From positions 1 through 64,000 of the forward strand of contig CAUYUJ010000009.1 in assembly GCA_963575745.1 (NCBI GenBank): a stretch of 64,000 nucleotides of DNA, given 5' to 3'. Positions 38,740 to 52,235 of the stretch are shown in pieces. Within the stretch, counting starts at the first letter, position 1, and each line of letters starts with the position of its first letter. The position numbers and the translations under genes are program-made. The DNA is from Prorocentrum cordatum. Its lineage: Eukaryota. A model generated the notes under the pieces. It ran no database searches. It saw nothing but the letters and a program-made list of their open reading frames with translations, and was not told the origin of the DNA.

Positions 38740-39470
38740 CTCAGCAACACAGGGCGACGAGGCTGGACAGGCGCATTCGACGCCACCGTGCAAGAGACCA
38801 CTGACGGCGCCAGCACGTCAGAGACCACGAAGTAATCTAACGTCCGCCATTCTCGCTTACCTGCCGTGCAAGTAGGAGATGCTGGGGCTACGATACGACC
38901 TCGAAGTTTACTCGCCCATCCAAGACGCCCCAGTAGTGCTGGCGGTGCATTCCAGTCTCCCCCGATCAGGAACGGCAACGAGGCGGCATGCAAAAACTCA
39001 CCCAACCGACTCAACAGCAGAGCCCCTTCCGATCCAAATGGATCAGAAGTCGGCAAATACACCGAGACGGCCAAGAACCCCCCAAGTATCACTGGATTGT
39101 TCCATTTCACCAAGACACGATGCGGATACTGAAGGGGTTGAGGTCGCCCAGGAGGATTTCCCATTCCAATGCAAGCTGGGACCCCAATAGCAACTCCCCC
39201 AGAGAGCGCCCCAGCCTCTGTGGTGCGCGAAGGACTTACCGCTGCCAGCAGCCCTTGATCACGCAACATCTCCTCGCAGTCGTGCTTCCGATCCTGCGAG
39301 ACTCCTACTTCTTGCAAGAGAAAAATGTGGGGCCCTCTGGGAGACACACTCGACTTGCCACCCCGGAGAGCCTGCCGAAAAAGTGCTTCTTTTCTGCGAG
39401 CCTGCGCCTAGGCCTCGATGTACGACAAGCACGGCTTCCAGCTCGTGGTGTTGACCGTGCGAAGGTACAG
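38740..39470 (-). pseudogene. LINE ORF2 apurinic endonuclease (EEP) domain
   Basis: Motifs TVNTTSW, FLLQE, SGGVAI, VSVYL, IGGDWN, PTC, TLDYFVVS. One in-frame stop near 39408. Confidence 0.9.
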
Positions 39471-39480
39471 GTCTCCTAGG

Positions 39481-40622
39481 CTAAAGCCCAGGCCTCCTGG
39501 GCCCTGCTTTCTCAGTGGCCGAGCCCTTGCCGTTGGCGCTGCTGCTGCTGCTGCTGCCCTTGCTGCTGCTGCTGCCGCCCTTGACACAGGACTTGGCCTT
39601 CTGAAAAAGCTCATTGACTGACGGAACTGCGGCCGAACCTGCCGTAGCCGCTGGGCTGGCCTGGGCTCCTGCAGCCACTGGCGCTGCTGCTGCCTACGCC
39701 GCAGCCGCCGCAGGGCCAGCAGTCGCCACTGGTGGAGCCTGAGCTGGCTGGCCAACTCCCCCATCACCTGTAGCATCCTCTTCATCTCGTCTACGACGCT
39801 TGGCCTGCATCCTCTGGTTGAAGCGGCGCTGTTCCTCGACCATCTTGACACACTTCTCCTGCATGGAACCGAAAGCCTCCTTGGTCACCTCCTGCACCAT
39901 TGCCAACAAGGCCGCCTTGCGACTGTTGAGTTCGTCCTTCTCACCCTCGCTATTCTCGATGCCTTCCAGATCCAATCCGATCAGGCCGTTACCATCGAGC
40001 TCGATAGTTTCACCGGCAAGGAGGGCTTGGAGGCTGATGCGCTGAGCTTCGCTAGCAACACACGCATCCTTTGTGGCGACCACTTCAGATGCGAGCTTGG
40101 CCACCGACTCTTTGTATATCTGCTCACACCGCTCGAATGTGTTATACGCATCTGCAGCCCGCTCTCGTGCCTGTTGCGCCTGGGACTCCAGGGTTTCAGC
40201 ACTCCGTGACTGCGGCCTCCATCTGCTGGCGGGCCTGCTCCATCGCGTACTGCGCCACCCCGACCGAAGGTGACTGGGGCTTCGCTGCGTCTTCGAGCTG
40301 CTTGATGATCGCCTCCAACTTCCAAGATGCGTCATCGTCTCCGATGGCCGCCATGGACTTCTCCCAGTTGCAGTCCCACAGCGCGAGGCGGAGGAGCGCC
40401 CCCGCCATAGTTGCCAGCATCACCGCGAGCATGTTGAAACGCATAGCTCCAAACTCCCGACGGCTGGGCTCCTGATGCTGCTTGAACCTCTTTGCGCTGC
40501 GCACCACAGTGCTTGCACCAAGTCCACCATCCTTCGTTCTTCGAACAACTGCATGTTGTGCACTTCCACTTCTGCTGCCAAGACTTCTTCTTCCATCCAG
40601 CACCATAATCACGTGGGGCCAT
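39481..40622 (-). pseudogene. LINE ORF1 (RanBP2-like zinc finger + coiled coil), frameshifted
   Basis: First ATG after the SL (40622) gives MAPRDYGAGWKKKSWQQKWKCTTCSCSKNEGWWTWCKHCG. Continues through ORF pieces 40196-40612, 39694-40335 and 39481-39678 with helical E/Q/A/K-rich sequence. Confidence 0.75.
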
Positions 40623-40793
40623 CAGGCGGGAAGAACGAGCGTGGAAGAGTGAGGGATGAGGTCCCTCAACCTGAGAAATATGGAAAGCCGTGGGCACCTC
40701 GTGCCCCAAGCAACCTGAAGAGCCGGTCGCTACGGAGGGGTCCAAAGCTAATCGCTGGACCTCGGGCGTTTATAGCCCTTCGCAACGTTTAGC

Positions 40794-40815
40794 CTTGAGC
40801 CAAAATGGCTTCGGA
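40794..40815 (-). other. Dinoflagellate spliced-leader (DinoSL) copy at the LINE 5' end
   Basis: Reverse complement TCCGAAGCCATTTTGGCTCAAG matches DCCGTAGCCATTTTGGCTCAAG at 21/22. Confidence 0.95.
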
Positions 40816-41200
40816 TCCTCCTCCTCCTCCTCCTCCTCCTCCTCCTCCTCCTCCTCCTCCTCCTCCTCCTCCTCCTCCTCCTCCTCCTCCTCCTCCTCCT
40901 CCTCCTCCTCCTCCTCCTCCTCCTCCTCCTCCTCCTCCTCCTCCTCCTCCTCTCCTCCTCCTCCTCCTCCTCCTCCTCCTCCTCCTCCTCCTCCTCCTCC
41001 TCCTCCTCCTCCTCCTCCTCCTCCTCCTCCTCCTCCTCCTCCTCCTCCTCCTCCTCCTCCTCCTCCTCCTCCCCTCCTCCTCTCCTCCTCCTCCTCCTCC
41101 TCCTGCCCCTCCTCGACCTCATCCTCCTCCCTTGGGGACTGGGGTGTGCACGGGGGGCGCGGCGGCGCCCGCGTCGGCGGGGGCGCCCTGGGGCCGCGGC

Positions 41201-41249
41201 CTTTCTGAAGTACTTGTTGTAATAATAAGCGAGGTGCGACTCGTGGAAC
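41201..41249 (-). CDS. Micro-exon 4 of host gene; peptide (S)FHESHLAYYYNKYFRK
   Basis: CAG acceptor, 49 nt (1+48, phase-compatible with exon 3), GC donor (AAG|GCCGC). Confidence 0.88.
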
Positions 41250-42052
41250 CTGGTCGCCAGGAGGGGGGGGGGGGGGGCGACGGGATGAAAGGGGGCGAGG
41301 GGATGAGGGGTGTGCAGGAGGTGAGGAGGAGGAGGAGGAGGAGGAGAGAGGAGGAGAGGAGGAGGAGAGGAGAGGAGGAGGAGGAGGAGGAGGGGGGCAG
41401 GGGGAACGAGGAGGGATGCGGGAGATAGGGGATGAAGGGGAGCGACGGGGGTGCACGTAGGGGGGTGAAGGGGAAGGAAAAGGGAAGAAGGACCGATTAG
41501 AGAGAGGGGGGGGCGGAACGAGGGGGCGGGGCGAGGAGAGGAAAGGGAAGAAGAGGATGACAGGGGGGAGGACAGGAGAGGACAGAAGCGGACTGGAGAG
41601 GGCAGGAGGAAGGCAGGACACGACATGACAAGATAGAAGGGGGCGAGAAGACGAGGGGTGCTGACATAATAGAGGGCGCAGAGAGATGAGAGGGGTGAAG
41701 ATGAGAGGAGCGAGGCAAACAAGGTGCGTTCGCGCTACATCTGACATCATAACCATCCCGCCAAGTTCGTCCAATTGTTTCAACTTATGGTGTATTCGCC
41801 GAGTGTGCGATCTTAAGTGGAAGTTGCGGGACTTGGTACATCGCAATCGGCGGGAGAGGGCTTTACACAGTGGAGAGGGAGAGAGAGAGAGAGAGAAAGT
41901 GGGGTGAGAGAGAGAGAGCTGACAGATACACAGACAGACAGACAGACTGACTGACTGACTGACTGAAAAACTGATTGAATGACTGACAGAAAGACTCTGC
42001 GCTCGAAACCTCTCCGCATAGAAAGCTTAGCAACGAGGCATGCACGGCGACC

Positions 42053-42091
<39 letters not shown>

Positions 42092-42272
42092 ACGACAGCG
42101 ACAACGGCGACGGCGACGGCGACGGCACGACGGCGGCGACGGCGACGGCGGCGACGACCACGACCACAACCACGACCGCGACCACGACCACGACGACGAC
42201 AACGACGACGACGACGACGACGAGTATGACGACGACGACGACGACGACGACGACAACGCGATGCGAGGGAAC

Positions 42273-42316
42273 GACTGGCGGTCAGGGTCATTCACGTCCT
42301 TGCGGAAGGCGTGCAC
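42273..42316 (-). CDS. Micro-exon 3 of host gene; peptide VHAFRKDVNDPDRQ(S)
   Basis: CAG acceptor, 44 nt, GT donor. Leaves a split TC codon that is completed by the G opening the next exon. Confidence 0.88.
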
Positions 42317-42618
42317 CTGTGCGCCCGGGGTTTGCGCTGGCGTCGCGAGGGCCGCCACGGCAAAGAACCACAAGGGCCTGTTTTTTTATTGCTCGCGATA
42401 ACGGGCGTGATCGGGGAGGGCGGGGGTTTCGTTCCCCCACGCCACATCACGGCGGGGGGCCGCCGGGAAGCTTGGGAAACCCTCGGAGAATTCGTAAGAC
42501 ATCTTTGCGACTGCGGGCAAAATAGCGTGACGAGGTCCAGGGGGGGAGGGAGAGGGCCGCTATCGCCCAGACACTCAACAAAAAATGCACACATAACAAG
42601 CACAAGAACAACAAGAAT

Positions 42619-42706
<88 letters not shown>

Positions 42707-43437
42707 ACAACAACAACAGCAACAGCAACAGCAACAGCATCAACATTCATGTTAAGACTATTCGTTTCTGTCTGCTCGTTTGCCATTCAACACGTATATC
42801 CAAAGCCCTCTGTACCCGCCCTCTTCGTCTTCGATCATATCACACCCTCCATGGAGGTAGATCTTCCTTACCTGCCACGTGCATATAGTGCAGCTCCTAA
42901 AAGAAGGGAAGAGAGGACGGATGGAAGGGGGACGGAGAGAAAACACGTAGCAGAACCAGACAGGCAAACCGGGCGGGCAGACCCTAGCCGGCGGGGCGGG
43001 AAGGCGGGCCCAGGGGGCCAGGTCGAGCAGGCGGGTTGCTCAAGCGACCGTCTGGCATGAATCGCGAGGAAGTCTGGAGCGAGAGCGCGATTCCAACGCA
43101 AACGCGCGATTCTTGAGTAATTTGCAAGCGAGTCTCCAGCCAGAGCACGACTCCAGACCGCCGAGAGAGCGATTCCTGAATAAATTGTAAGGACGTCCCA
43201 ACGAAAACGCGATTCCTGAGTAAAATGCAAGGAAATCTCAGGCGGGAGCGGGGATCCTGACTAACTGGTGAGGTAGTCTCACGCTTGAACCGTTGTTGTT
43301 GTTCTCGTAATCCGGGTGCCAAAAACGCATTTTGAGCCCCGTGACCTTCCCTGATTAAAAAAGGGTGCGAGCCCTGGGAGAAGCACTTCAATAATGGTCA
43401 CCAGAAGGGAGGGATCAACCATAATTACAACAACAGC

Positions 43438-43496
<59 letters not shown>

Positions 43497-43679
43497 CGAG
43501 TCCCGTGTGTCAGTCAGAACGAGTTCCCCACACCCTCGATACCCGCCCTTTTTGTCTTCGATCACACCCCCTTTGGGGGGGACTATTTCTCTTTGCGGGG
43601 GGCGGCGGGCTTCGACAGACGGGCAAACCTGAACGGGCGGATGATACTGGAGAAAACCCCAATCATAATATGTTTAAGG

Positions 43680-44005
43680 CCTTAGGGCTATTGGGCTATA
43701 AGGCTATAGGGCTAGAAGGCTATGGGGCTATAGGGCTACAGGGATACAGGGCCATAGGGCTATATAGGGCTATTGGGCTATAGGGCTATGGGGCTGTAGG
43801 GTTGTAGGGCTATAAAGCTATAGGGCTATGAGGCTATAAGGCTATGAGGCTCTTAGGGCTATAGGGCTATAGGGCTACAGGGCTATAGGGCTATATAGCG
43901 ATACCGGGCACCTGGGCACCCGGGCACTTGGGCACCCAGGCACCCGGGCACACGGGCACCCGGGCACCCGGGCAACCGGGCACCTGGGCACCCAAGCACC
44001 CGGGG
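43680..44005. repeat. GGGCTATAG array followed by CGGGCACC array
   Basis: Direct inspection. Confidence 0.85.
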
Positions 44006-45269
44006 GGCAACCAGTGAAAATCGGCGGCAAACCGAACCTAACCGTATAAATCCGCTAGGGCCCCTACAGAGGCAAGCTCTGATTGGGGAACAATCCTTCG
44101 TGGGCGTACATGTGCCCGCCATTGGAATTGATGTGGGCCCTGCAAAAAAAGGAGGGGGAGAACGAGGGAGAGCGGGAGGAAGGGAGGGGGAGGGACGAAG
44201 GAAGAGGGAAAACGCCAGGAGAGAAGGAGCGAAGAGGGGTGCGGTTGATTAGAGGCAGAGAGAGAGAGAGAAAGACAGATAAGAGAGGTAGAGAGAGAGG
44301 GGAGAGAGAGAGAGAGAGAAACAACAAAAAAAAAAAAAAAAGGAGGGAGGAGGCAGGAGAGGGGAAGGAGAAGGGAGGAGGGAGAAGAGGGAGAGGGCAT
44401 AGGGCAGAGAGGCTTAAGGATGAGGGAAGAAAGGAGGGAGAGAGAAGGGAGGAGAGGAGGGAGGAGGGATGAGGGAGAGGGAGGAGGAGCAGGAAGGTAA
44501 GAGCGTGAACGTTCGAGGAAATCAGGAGAAAGCGCCATTCCTGAAGGAAGTCTCGGGCGGGAGCCCACGACGGGCGGGCGATCCCCTGACGGGCGGGTCG
44601 GGCGGGTGGGACATTCAAGCGGGATGCCTGAGTATGGCGAGAGCGCGATTCCAAAGTATATTGTGACGGCGTCCTTGGCGCAGCGTGCTTCCTGAGCGTC
44701 GAAAGCGCGATTTCTGAATAAATTGCATGGAAGTCAGAGGCTAGAGCGCATTTCCTGAATAACATGTGAAGGGTTCTCTGGCGGGAGAGGGGGTCTTGAT
44801 TAAATTGCGAGGAAGTCTTGACTCAATTGCGAGGAAGTCTCAAGCGGGAGCGCCGTTCTTGAGTAAATTGTGAGAAAGTCTCAGATGGGAGCGGGGGTCC
44901 TGACTCAATTGCAAGGAAGTCACAGGCGGGAGCACCGATCCTGAGTACCTTGTGAAGAACTCTCAAGAGGGAGCGGGGGTCCTGAGTAAATTTTGAGGAA
45001 ACCTCAGGCGGGAGCCGTTGTTGTTGTAATCCGGGGGGCCAGGGGCGCAGTTTGAGCAACAAGACTTTCCCTGTCAAGGACACAAGGTGCGAGCGTCGAG
45101 AGGCACATTTTGATTAAGAAAAACAGTATGCACCAGTGAGAGGGATCAACAATAACTATTATTCAGAAATGAGAGTTCAACAACAACAATCAAAACAACA
45201 ATTATCCCAGTGCGACCCTACCTAGGAGTTGGAGCCCCTAGGAAAGCAGCATTAGTAGTATCAGTAACT

Positions 45270-45728
45270 CTAAGCTTGAGCTGAGCTAAAGCTAAGCTAA
45301 GACTAAGCTGAAGCTAAACTAAAACTAAGCTAAAGCTAAGCTAAAGCTAAGCTAAAACCAAGCTAAAGCTAAGCTACAACTAAATTAAAGCTACGCTAAA
45401 GCTAAAGCTAAGCTAAAGCTAAGCTAAAGCTACAGCTAAGCTACAGCTAAGCTACAGCTAAGCTAAAGCTAAGCTAAAGCTAGGCTAAAGCTAAGCTAAA
45501 GCTAAGCTAACTATAAGCTCAAGCTGAAGCTGAAGCTAAAGCTAAGCTAAAGCTAAGCTAAAGCTAAGCTAAAGCTAAGTTGAAGCTAAGTTAAAGCTAA
45601 GCTAAAGCTAAGCTAAAGCTAAGCTAAAGCTAAAGCTAAGCTAAAGCTAAGCTAAAGCTAAACTAAAGCTCAGCTAAAGCTAAGCTAAAGCTAAGCTAAA
45701 GTTAAAGCTAAGGCTAAAGCTAAAGCTC
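45270..45728. repeat. 11-bp GCTAAGCTAAA array
   Basis: Direct inspection. Confidence 0.92.
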
Positions 45729-46513
45729 CCAGGGGACTGGGGGAACCGCAGGGCGGGGACCGGGGGAACCGCCCGGGGCGTGTAGCACTGCCCGGCCCCT
45801 TTAAGCTAAGAGAGTAAGAACCCTCTAGGCAGAGCCTAGGTAGGGAACAACGACAACAACGAAAATCAATGTGAGACTGTTCGCTCTTACTGGCGCTCGT
45901 GTCTTGCATTCTGTATACCCCAGCCCTCGATACCCGCCCACCTCGTCTGCGATTGCACCACCTTTCGGGGGGAATATCTTCCTTGTCGGCCAATGACAGA
46001 AGAGCAAAAAAGTCTCGAGCGAGAGCGCCGTTCCTGAGTTCGGGGGCCTCTCTGGTCAGGGGCTCTCGGAATACCCATGGACAAATATCAAACGGGAGCT
46101 CTCGTCGCCGTGTCAGGGCCTCCACCAACTTGCCCGAATTACGGGAAAATCTCGAGCGAGAGCGCCGTTCCTGAGTTCGGGGGCCTGTTTGCCCAGGGGC
46201 TCTCGGTGTAAATCGTGAGGAAGTATCGAGCAGGAACCCTTGTCGTCGTGGCTGGGCCTCCGCCAACTTAATTGAATTGCGAGGAGGTCTCGAGCGAGAG
46301 CGCCGTTCTTGAGTCGCCAGGGTGTCTCGGGGTAAATTGTGATAAAAAATCGAGCGGGAGCCGTTGTTGTCGTAGCTGGGCCTCCAGGGGCCAACATATG
46401 GGGTCAAGCTAACGCTCGAGCGGGAGCCTCGTTTTCAAAGAAAATGTAGCCGGCGTCGAGGCGAGAGCGCGCGGAACCGCTTCCGGAGATCAACGACAAC
46501 AACCACAACAACC

Positions 46514-46588
<75 letters not shown>

Positions 46589-46595
46589 TCAACAA

Positions 46596-46646
<51 letters not shown>

Positions 46647-49600
46647 AACATCACCGGGAAGGCGTGGGCTGGTGACGGCTGTCGGCCGTCACGGGGAGGA
46701 GGAAGAGGAGGAGGAGGGTGTGGGAAGGAGAAGGAGGAGAAAGAGCAGGAGGAGGAGGAATGGGAGGACAAGGACAAGGACAAGGACATCCGCATCAGGG
46801 GCTTGCGACGTCAGAACACCTGCGCTGGTGCCTTGCGCGCTTCCGTCAGAATCCCCTGGCGATTGATTGTGCAACAGTCCTGCCTTCTCGCTGGGGCCGG
46901 CAGGAGGAGGAGGATGAGGAGGATGAGGAGGAGGAGGAGGATGAGGAGGATCAGGAGAAGGAGGATGAGGAGGAGGAACATCGACCGATTGTGGGTCGCC
47001 AGCGGCGCCCAGCGTTAAGGCCGGCCGCGCGGTCGCCGCCGGTCGACGCGACGCGAGCCTGCCGTAGCTGGGCGGGGTACTGTGCAGGTCCGGAGGACAG
47101 GTGCGCCAAAAAGTGCTCGAAGAATCCCAGGATGGCATCAATAGGGGGAAAACAAACCTACCTCGCTTTTGACCACCCTCGCTTCCAAGAGATACCAAAC
47201 GATGCCAAATTGCGGCCTGTACTGGTCAGGCCGCTTGACGAGGAGGCGCGTGGTATGGCTTGGTTTTGCCTGGAAGCGAAAGCGGGGTAGGTAATTCACG
47301 CTCTGAATCAAGTGTCTCCAAGGCGCCCTGGGCGGCTCCAAGTTTGAGAGTCCGCAGAAGACAAGTAAGCAGTGCGGCTGCAGATGCTCTCCCCTTTTCG
47401 CCCAGACGATGTAAGACGATATGAGACATCATGATTAAACCGACTGGACGTAGAAGACAATAATACGGTACCACACGATTCATTGATATGAGCCGCTGAG
47501 ACGACACAAGACGATATGAACCGATAAGACGAGATAAGACGATAGTAGACAATCAAACTATAGAATACAATAGAGCAGCAGAAAACGATATAGCTATACA
47601 AGACGATACAAGACCATGTAAACCGATGTGAAGCGGTGCGCGCGCTGAAAATTCAAAACGAAGACCCAATTGCGCACAAGAGGGGGCCGAGAAGGCCCAA
47701 GAGCGCCCCGAGGGGTCCCCAAGCGGCGCTTTGGGGGCCCATACGGGGGACACTAAAAGAGGACCCCCCTCTTAGGTCGATATCCTCCCAGATCCGCCCT
47801 CCGACTGTAAAGAACACTCTACCCCCGGAGGCCTCATCGAGCAAAGCCGCCACGCGACTGCGAAGCTCAACAAAAGCGAAAGACAAGAACAAGGCTGAGG
47901 AGGATGAAGACGATGAGAACAAGCACGAGAAGGAGGAGGGATGACGCAAGCAAAGGAGTAGCAGGAGGAGGAGGGAAGACGGGGAAGGATGAGGAGGGGA
48001 GAGGAGGGGGGAGGATGGAGCAGGAGGATGCTTTTGCAGCAGCGCTGCAAGCAGTCCACAGGGCGAGACCCCCGAGGCAAAAACGACTAAAAACATCAAG
48101 CCAGCCTCTGACCTGGCTGGTTCGAGCCTGCGGCCCCGAGGAGACGTTGGGCAACGGCCGCCCGACGCCTCGCAGTGCGCTTGCGTGGACCTGTTGCTTC
48201 TACGCTTTGAAACGAACGTGCGCGAAGAGAGGCCCGCGTCGTGCTCGCAGATTGACGACTGTCGGCTCGTCGAGCCCGCGCCCCGTACGAACGACACAAG
48301 CCTCCCACCATCGATGGAGAAAGAGGAGGGAGGAGGGGGAGGGAGAAGGAGGAGGAGGAGGAGGAGGAGGAGGAGGGCAGGAGGAGGCGGGTTAGGGGGT
48401 ATGAGCCTCTCAGCCCCCCCGGGACAGGCGTCCCCCACGGCAGAGAAGCACACATTTCTGCACGCACCGCCTCCTGCGCCCGCCGAGGACCGAGAAACCG
48501 TGATGTTTAGAGAGCAGCTCGCGGAAGCTCCTGCTCGCCCCGCCAAACAGCGCGCCCGAGGGCGCCACAATACGGCCATCGTGCTACCCTGGAACAGCGC
48601 CACGCGAGGAGCAGAGGGGCTGTTCCGGCCGCGGCGAGCCTCGACCACGACGAGGCTCCACGACCTGAATCTCAGGAGCGGTCGGATCAGCGTCTCGACC
48701 GCCGCGCGCCCATCGGAGGCGACGAGTCGCCCCCCTACGGCGCACGGCGGGCGCTGCGCGGGCGCCACTTGGGCGCCGCGTGAGCGCTGGCTGCGCGCTG
48801 CTGGGCGCTGGCTGCGCGCTGCTGGGCGCTGCCGAGGGCGCTGCTGGGGCGCCCTTCGGCGATCCGCCACACCGTGCCTGCACGGTGTGGGCGCTGCCGG
48901 CATGGCCAGGTGCTGCTCTGTCCGGTCGGACTCGACCAGACAGGACCCGCGAGGGGACACAAGACCCGTCCGAGCGCCACGTTGCCACAGGAGTGTGGGA
49001 GGCGCAGGTCGCGAGACTCGGGAGCGGCCAAGAGGGGGGTGTCCAAGAGGCGGGGGTGCAAATCATGACCGGCGGCATGTGCGCGGCCCAGCGGGGGGGG
49101 CCTGGGACGTAATGAAATAAGAAGAGGCACCATGAAATCTGCGGAGATAGAATGGCCCGCGCCATGATATCCACCCCCCCTAGTCGTCACCCCCCGCTGA
49201 TGCTCGTCCGACGCAAGCGTGTCACTGATACTCCTGATTCCTCCCGAGAGGGCGCACTCTAACGAATTCAACACGCTCCCGTACTCTAAGCAACACAACG
49301 CGTTGCACGATCGCAGGCGTATTGACGCACTGCGCGAGCGTAGGCGCGCGCGCGCTCCGCGCGCCAGTGAGTTCCCGTGCTCTGAGCAACACAGCGCTGC
49401 ACGGTCGCATGCGTACTTGTGCACTGCGCGAGCGGAGGGGGGGGAGGTCCCTGCGCCGACCCCAGGAATCCGCGCCGACCACCGAGAAATCATCTGCGTG
49501 CGCACCACTCCGGCGATCGCACTGCTCAGGCGATCGCATCACGGCCCGAGCGCACCACTCGGGCGATCGCAGACACGGATCAGGGGGGGGGGGGACTAGC

Positions 49601-50252
49601 GACGGGCCCCGTTTTCATGGGAAACCGCGGGTTCCCGCCGCCGAGCGAGGCGACGCTGGCCGCATCTTGGGGAGGGCACCTCCCCCGATCCATGAACTTG
49701 GCGACCGCGCGCCAAATCCATGGATCGCTAATCCACGTTTCCGCGCCCCCGAACTACGGAGTGCACTGCCCAGGCCCGCGGAGGGCACCGTCGGCGCCCG
49801 GGACCCCAGTCACGTGAACTTGTGCGCCTGGCGGCTGGCCCTCCGGGCACGGCCGCCGGCGCCACGGAACGCTGTGCTGGGTGGTGGAGGCCACGAAGCG
49901 CTGTACTGGGTGGTGGAGGCCACGAATGCGGGCGGTCCCACCGGGGCCTTCGGTGGCCACGAAGCGCTGTGCTGGGTGGTGGATGGCGCATGCGGCTCGG
50001 GAGCCTGCAACGGGGCGAGGGCAGAGTGCCTCCCTGCAAATCGGCGGAAGTGCAGAAACAAGGAGAAACGACACCACCACCACCAGGGAGCACCAGCGGG
50101 ATGGGCCAGGGGGGGCCCCCCTGGTGATCCCCCCCTCTCGCTCGAGACGTCCCTGATCCCCAGCTCGAGGAGGAGGAGGAGGAGAAGGACGACGACGACG
50201 ACGAGGACGAGGAGGAGGAGGGGAAGAGGGAGGAGGAGGAGGAGGAAGAGGA

Positions 50253-50283
<31 letters not shown>

Positions 50284-50524
50284 AGGAAGAGGAGGAGGAG
50301 GAGGAGGAGGAGGCCTCCTCGCTTGAGGTGACCCCCACCGGTGGTGATGGTGCCGCTCCTCCTTCCCCCCAGAAAGGCTGACGCCTACTGCGCGAACCGA
50401 CGTTGGGCGTGGCGTCCCGGCACGCCGCCCTGCAGGCGCGCCTGGCTCGCCAGGGGCAAACGGACCCATTAAAAGTGCGCGCCTCCTCCCCCCTCCTCCT
50501 CCTCCTCCTCCTCCTCCTCCTCTC

Positions 50525-50637
50525 CTCATCATCATCATCACAGCAGCAGCAGCATCATCATCATCATCAATCATCATCATCATCATCAGCATCAGCAGCA
50601 GCAGCAGCATCATCAGCATCATCATCATCATCATCAA

Positions 50638-50678
<41 letters not shown>

Positions 50679-50744
50679 GCATCAGCATCAGCATCATCAT
50701 CATCATCATCATCATCATCACCATCACCATCACCATCAGCATCG

Positions 50745-50795
<51 letters not shown>

Positions 50796-50869
50796 GCATC
50801 GTCATCATCATCAGCATCAGCACCAGCATCATCATCATCATCATCATCATCATCACCATAACCATCATC

Positions 50870-50900
<31 letters not shown>

Positions 50901-51053
50901 ACATCATCATCATCATCATCAGCATCATCATCATCATCATCATCATCAGCAGCAGCATCAGCATCATCATCATCAGCATCATCATCAGCATCATCAACAT
51001 CATCATCATCATTATCATCATCGTCGTCAGCATCACCATCATGATCAATCATC

Positions 51054-51084
<31 letters not shown>

Positions 51085-51975
51085 AGGTCATCGTCATCAT
51101 CAAGGTCATCGTCATCATCATCAGCATCATCAGTGTCATCACTGCATTAGTAATAAGAGTGATAATCACAAAGTATTTAATACAAATAATCATCATCAGC
51201 AGCATCAGCATCATCATCATCACCATCATCGTCATCATCAGCATCAGCAGCATCATCATCAGCATCATCAGCAGCAGTCATCATCATCAGCATCATCATA
51301 ATCATCATCAGCATCATCATCACCACCACCACCATCATCATCATCATCACCATCAGCATCATCAGCATCATCATCAGGATCATAATCATAATCGTCAGCA
51401 TCATCATCATCATCATCAGCAGCAACTTCATCATCTGCATCATCAGCAACCTAATCGTAGTTATAATCATCATCACAAGAATTCTCATCATCAGCAAAAT
51501 CACCAGCACCAGCATCATCATCATCATCATCAGCAGCATCATCAGCAGCATCATCAACATCATCATCATCATCAGCATCAGCATCACCATCATCGTCGCC
51601 GTCATCATCAGCATCATCATCATCAGCAGCAGCATCATCATCACCACCATCAGCATCATCAGCATCATCAGTGTCCTCATCAGCATCATCGTCATCATCA
51701 GCAACACCATCAGCATCATCATCAGCAGTCATCATCATCATCAACAACATCATCATAACCAAAAATATCATCAGCATCATCGGCATCAGCAGTATCGTCA
51801 TCATCAGCATCATCAGCAGCATCATCGTCAGCAGCATCATCATCAGCAGCATCAGCAGCATCATCATCATCAGCACCACCACCATCAACAGCAGCATCAT
51901 CATCACCACCACCATCATCAGCAGCAGCAGCAACAGCAACGTCAGCATCATCATCATCATCATCACCATCATCAA

Positions 51976-52013
<38 letters not shown>

Positions 52014-52235
52014 ACATCGTCAGCATCATCATCATCATCATCATCATCATCAGCATCATCATCATCTTCATCTTCATCTTCATCTTCATCTTCATCCTCC
52101 TCCGCCTCATCCTCCTCCGCCTCCTCCTCCTTCTCTTCCTCCTCCTCCTCCTCCTGATGATTCCTCCTTCTCCTCCTCCGCCTCCTCTGCCTCCTCCGCC
52201 TCCTCCTCCTCCTCCGCCTCCTCCTCCTTCTCCTC
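50525..52235. repeat. (CAT)n then (CCT)n compound microsatellite
   Basis: Direct inspection. Confidence 0.95.

Larger units (their letters stand above)
34815..40815 (-). mobile_element. Full-length, degenerate non-LTR retrotransposon (LINE) with ORF1 + APE-RT-RNase H ORF2
   Basis: Ordered domains on the minus strand: CxxC...WCKHCG zinc finger, coiled coil, endonuclease, RT, RNase H, Cys/His tail. Many frameshifts and stops. Flanked by (GGA)n on both sides. Confidence 0.93.

Noticed and set aside
40794..40815. SL RNA gene
   Set aside because: The SL is followed by the LINE leader and ORFs rather than a short SL RNA intron, and it abuts a microsatellite upstream.
45270..45728. Telomeric repeat
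   Set aside because: The unit GCTAAGCTAAA is not TTTAGGG-like and is internal.
47653..50338. Long GC-rich ORFs on both strands (also 58126-60906)
   Set aside because: Arg/Pro/Ala-rich, open in several frames because of high GC, with no recognisable motifs.
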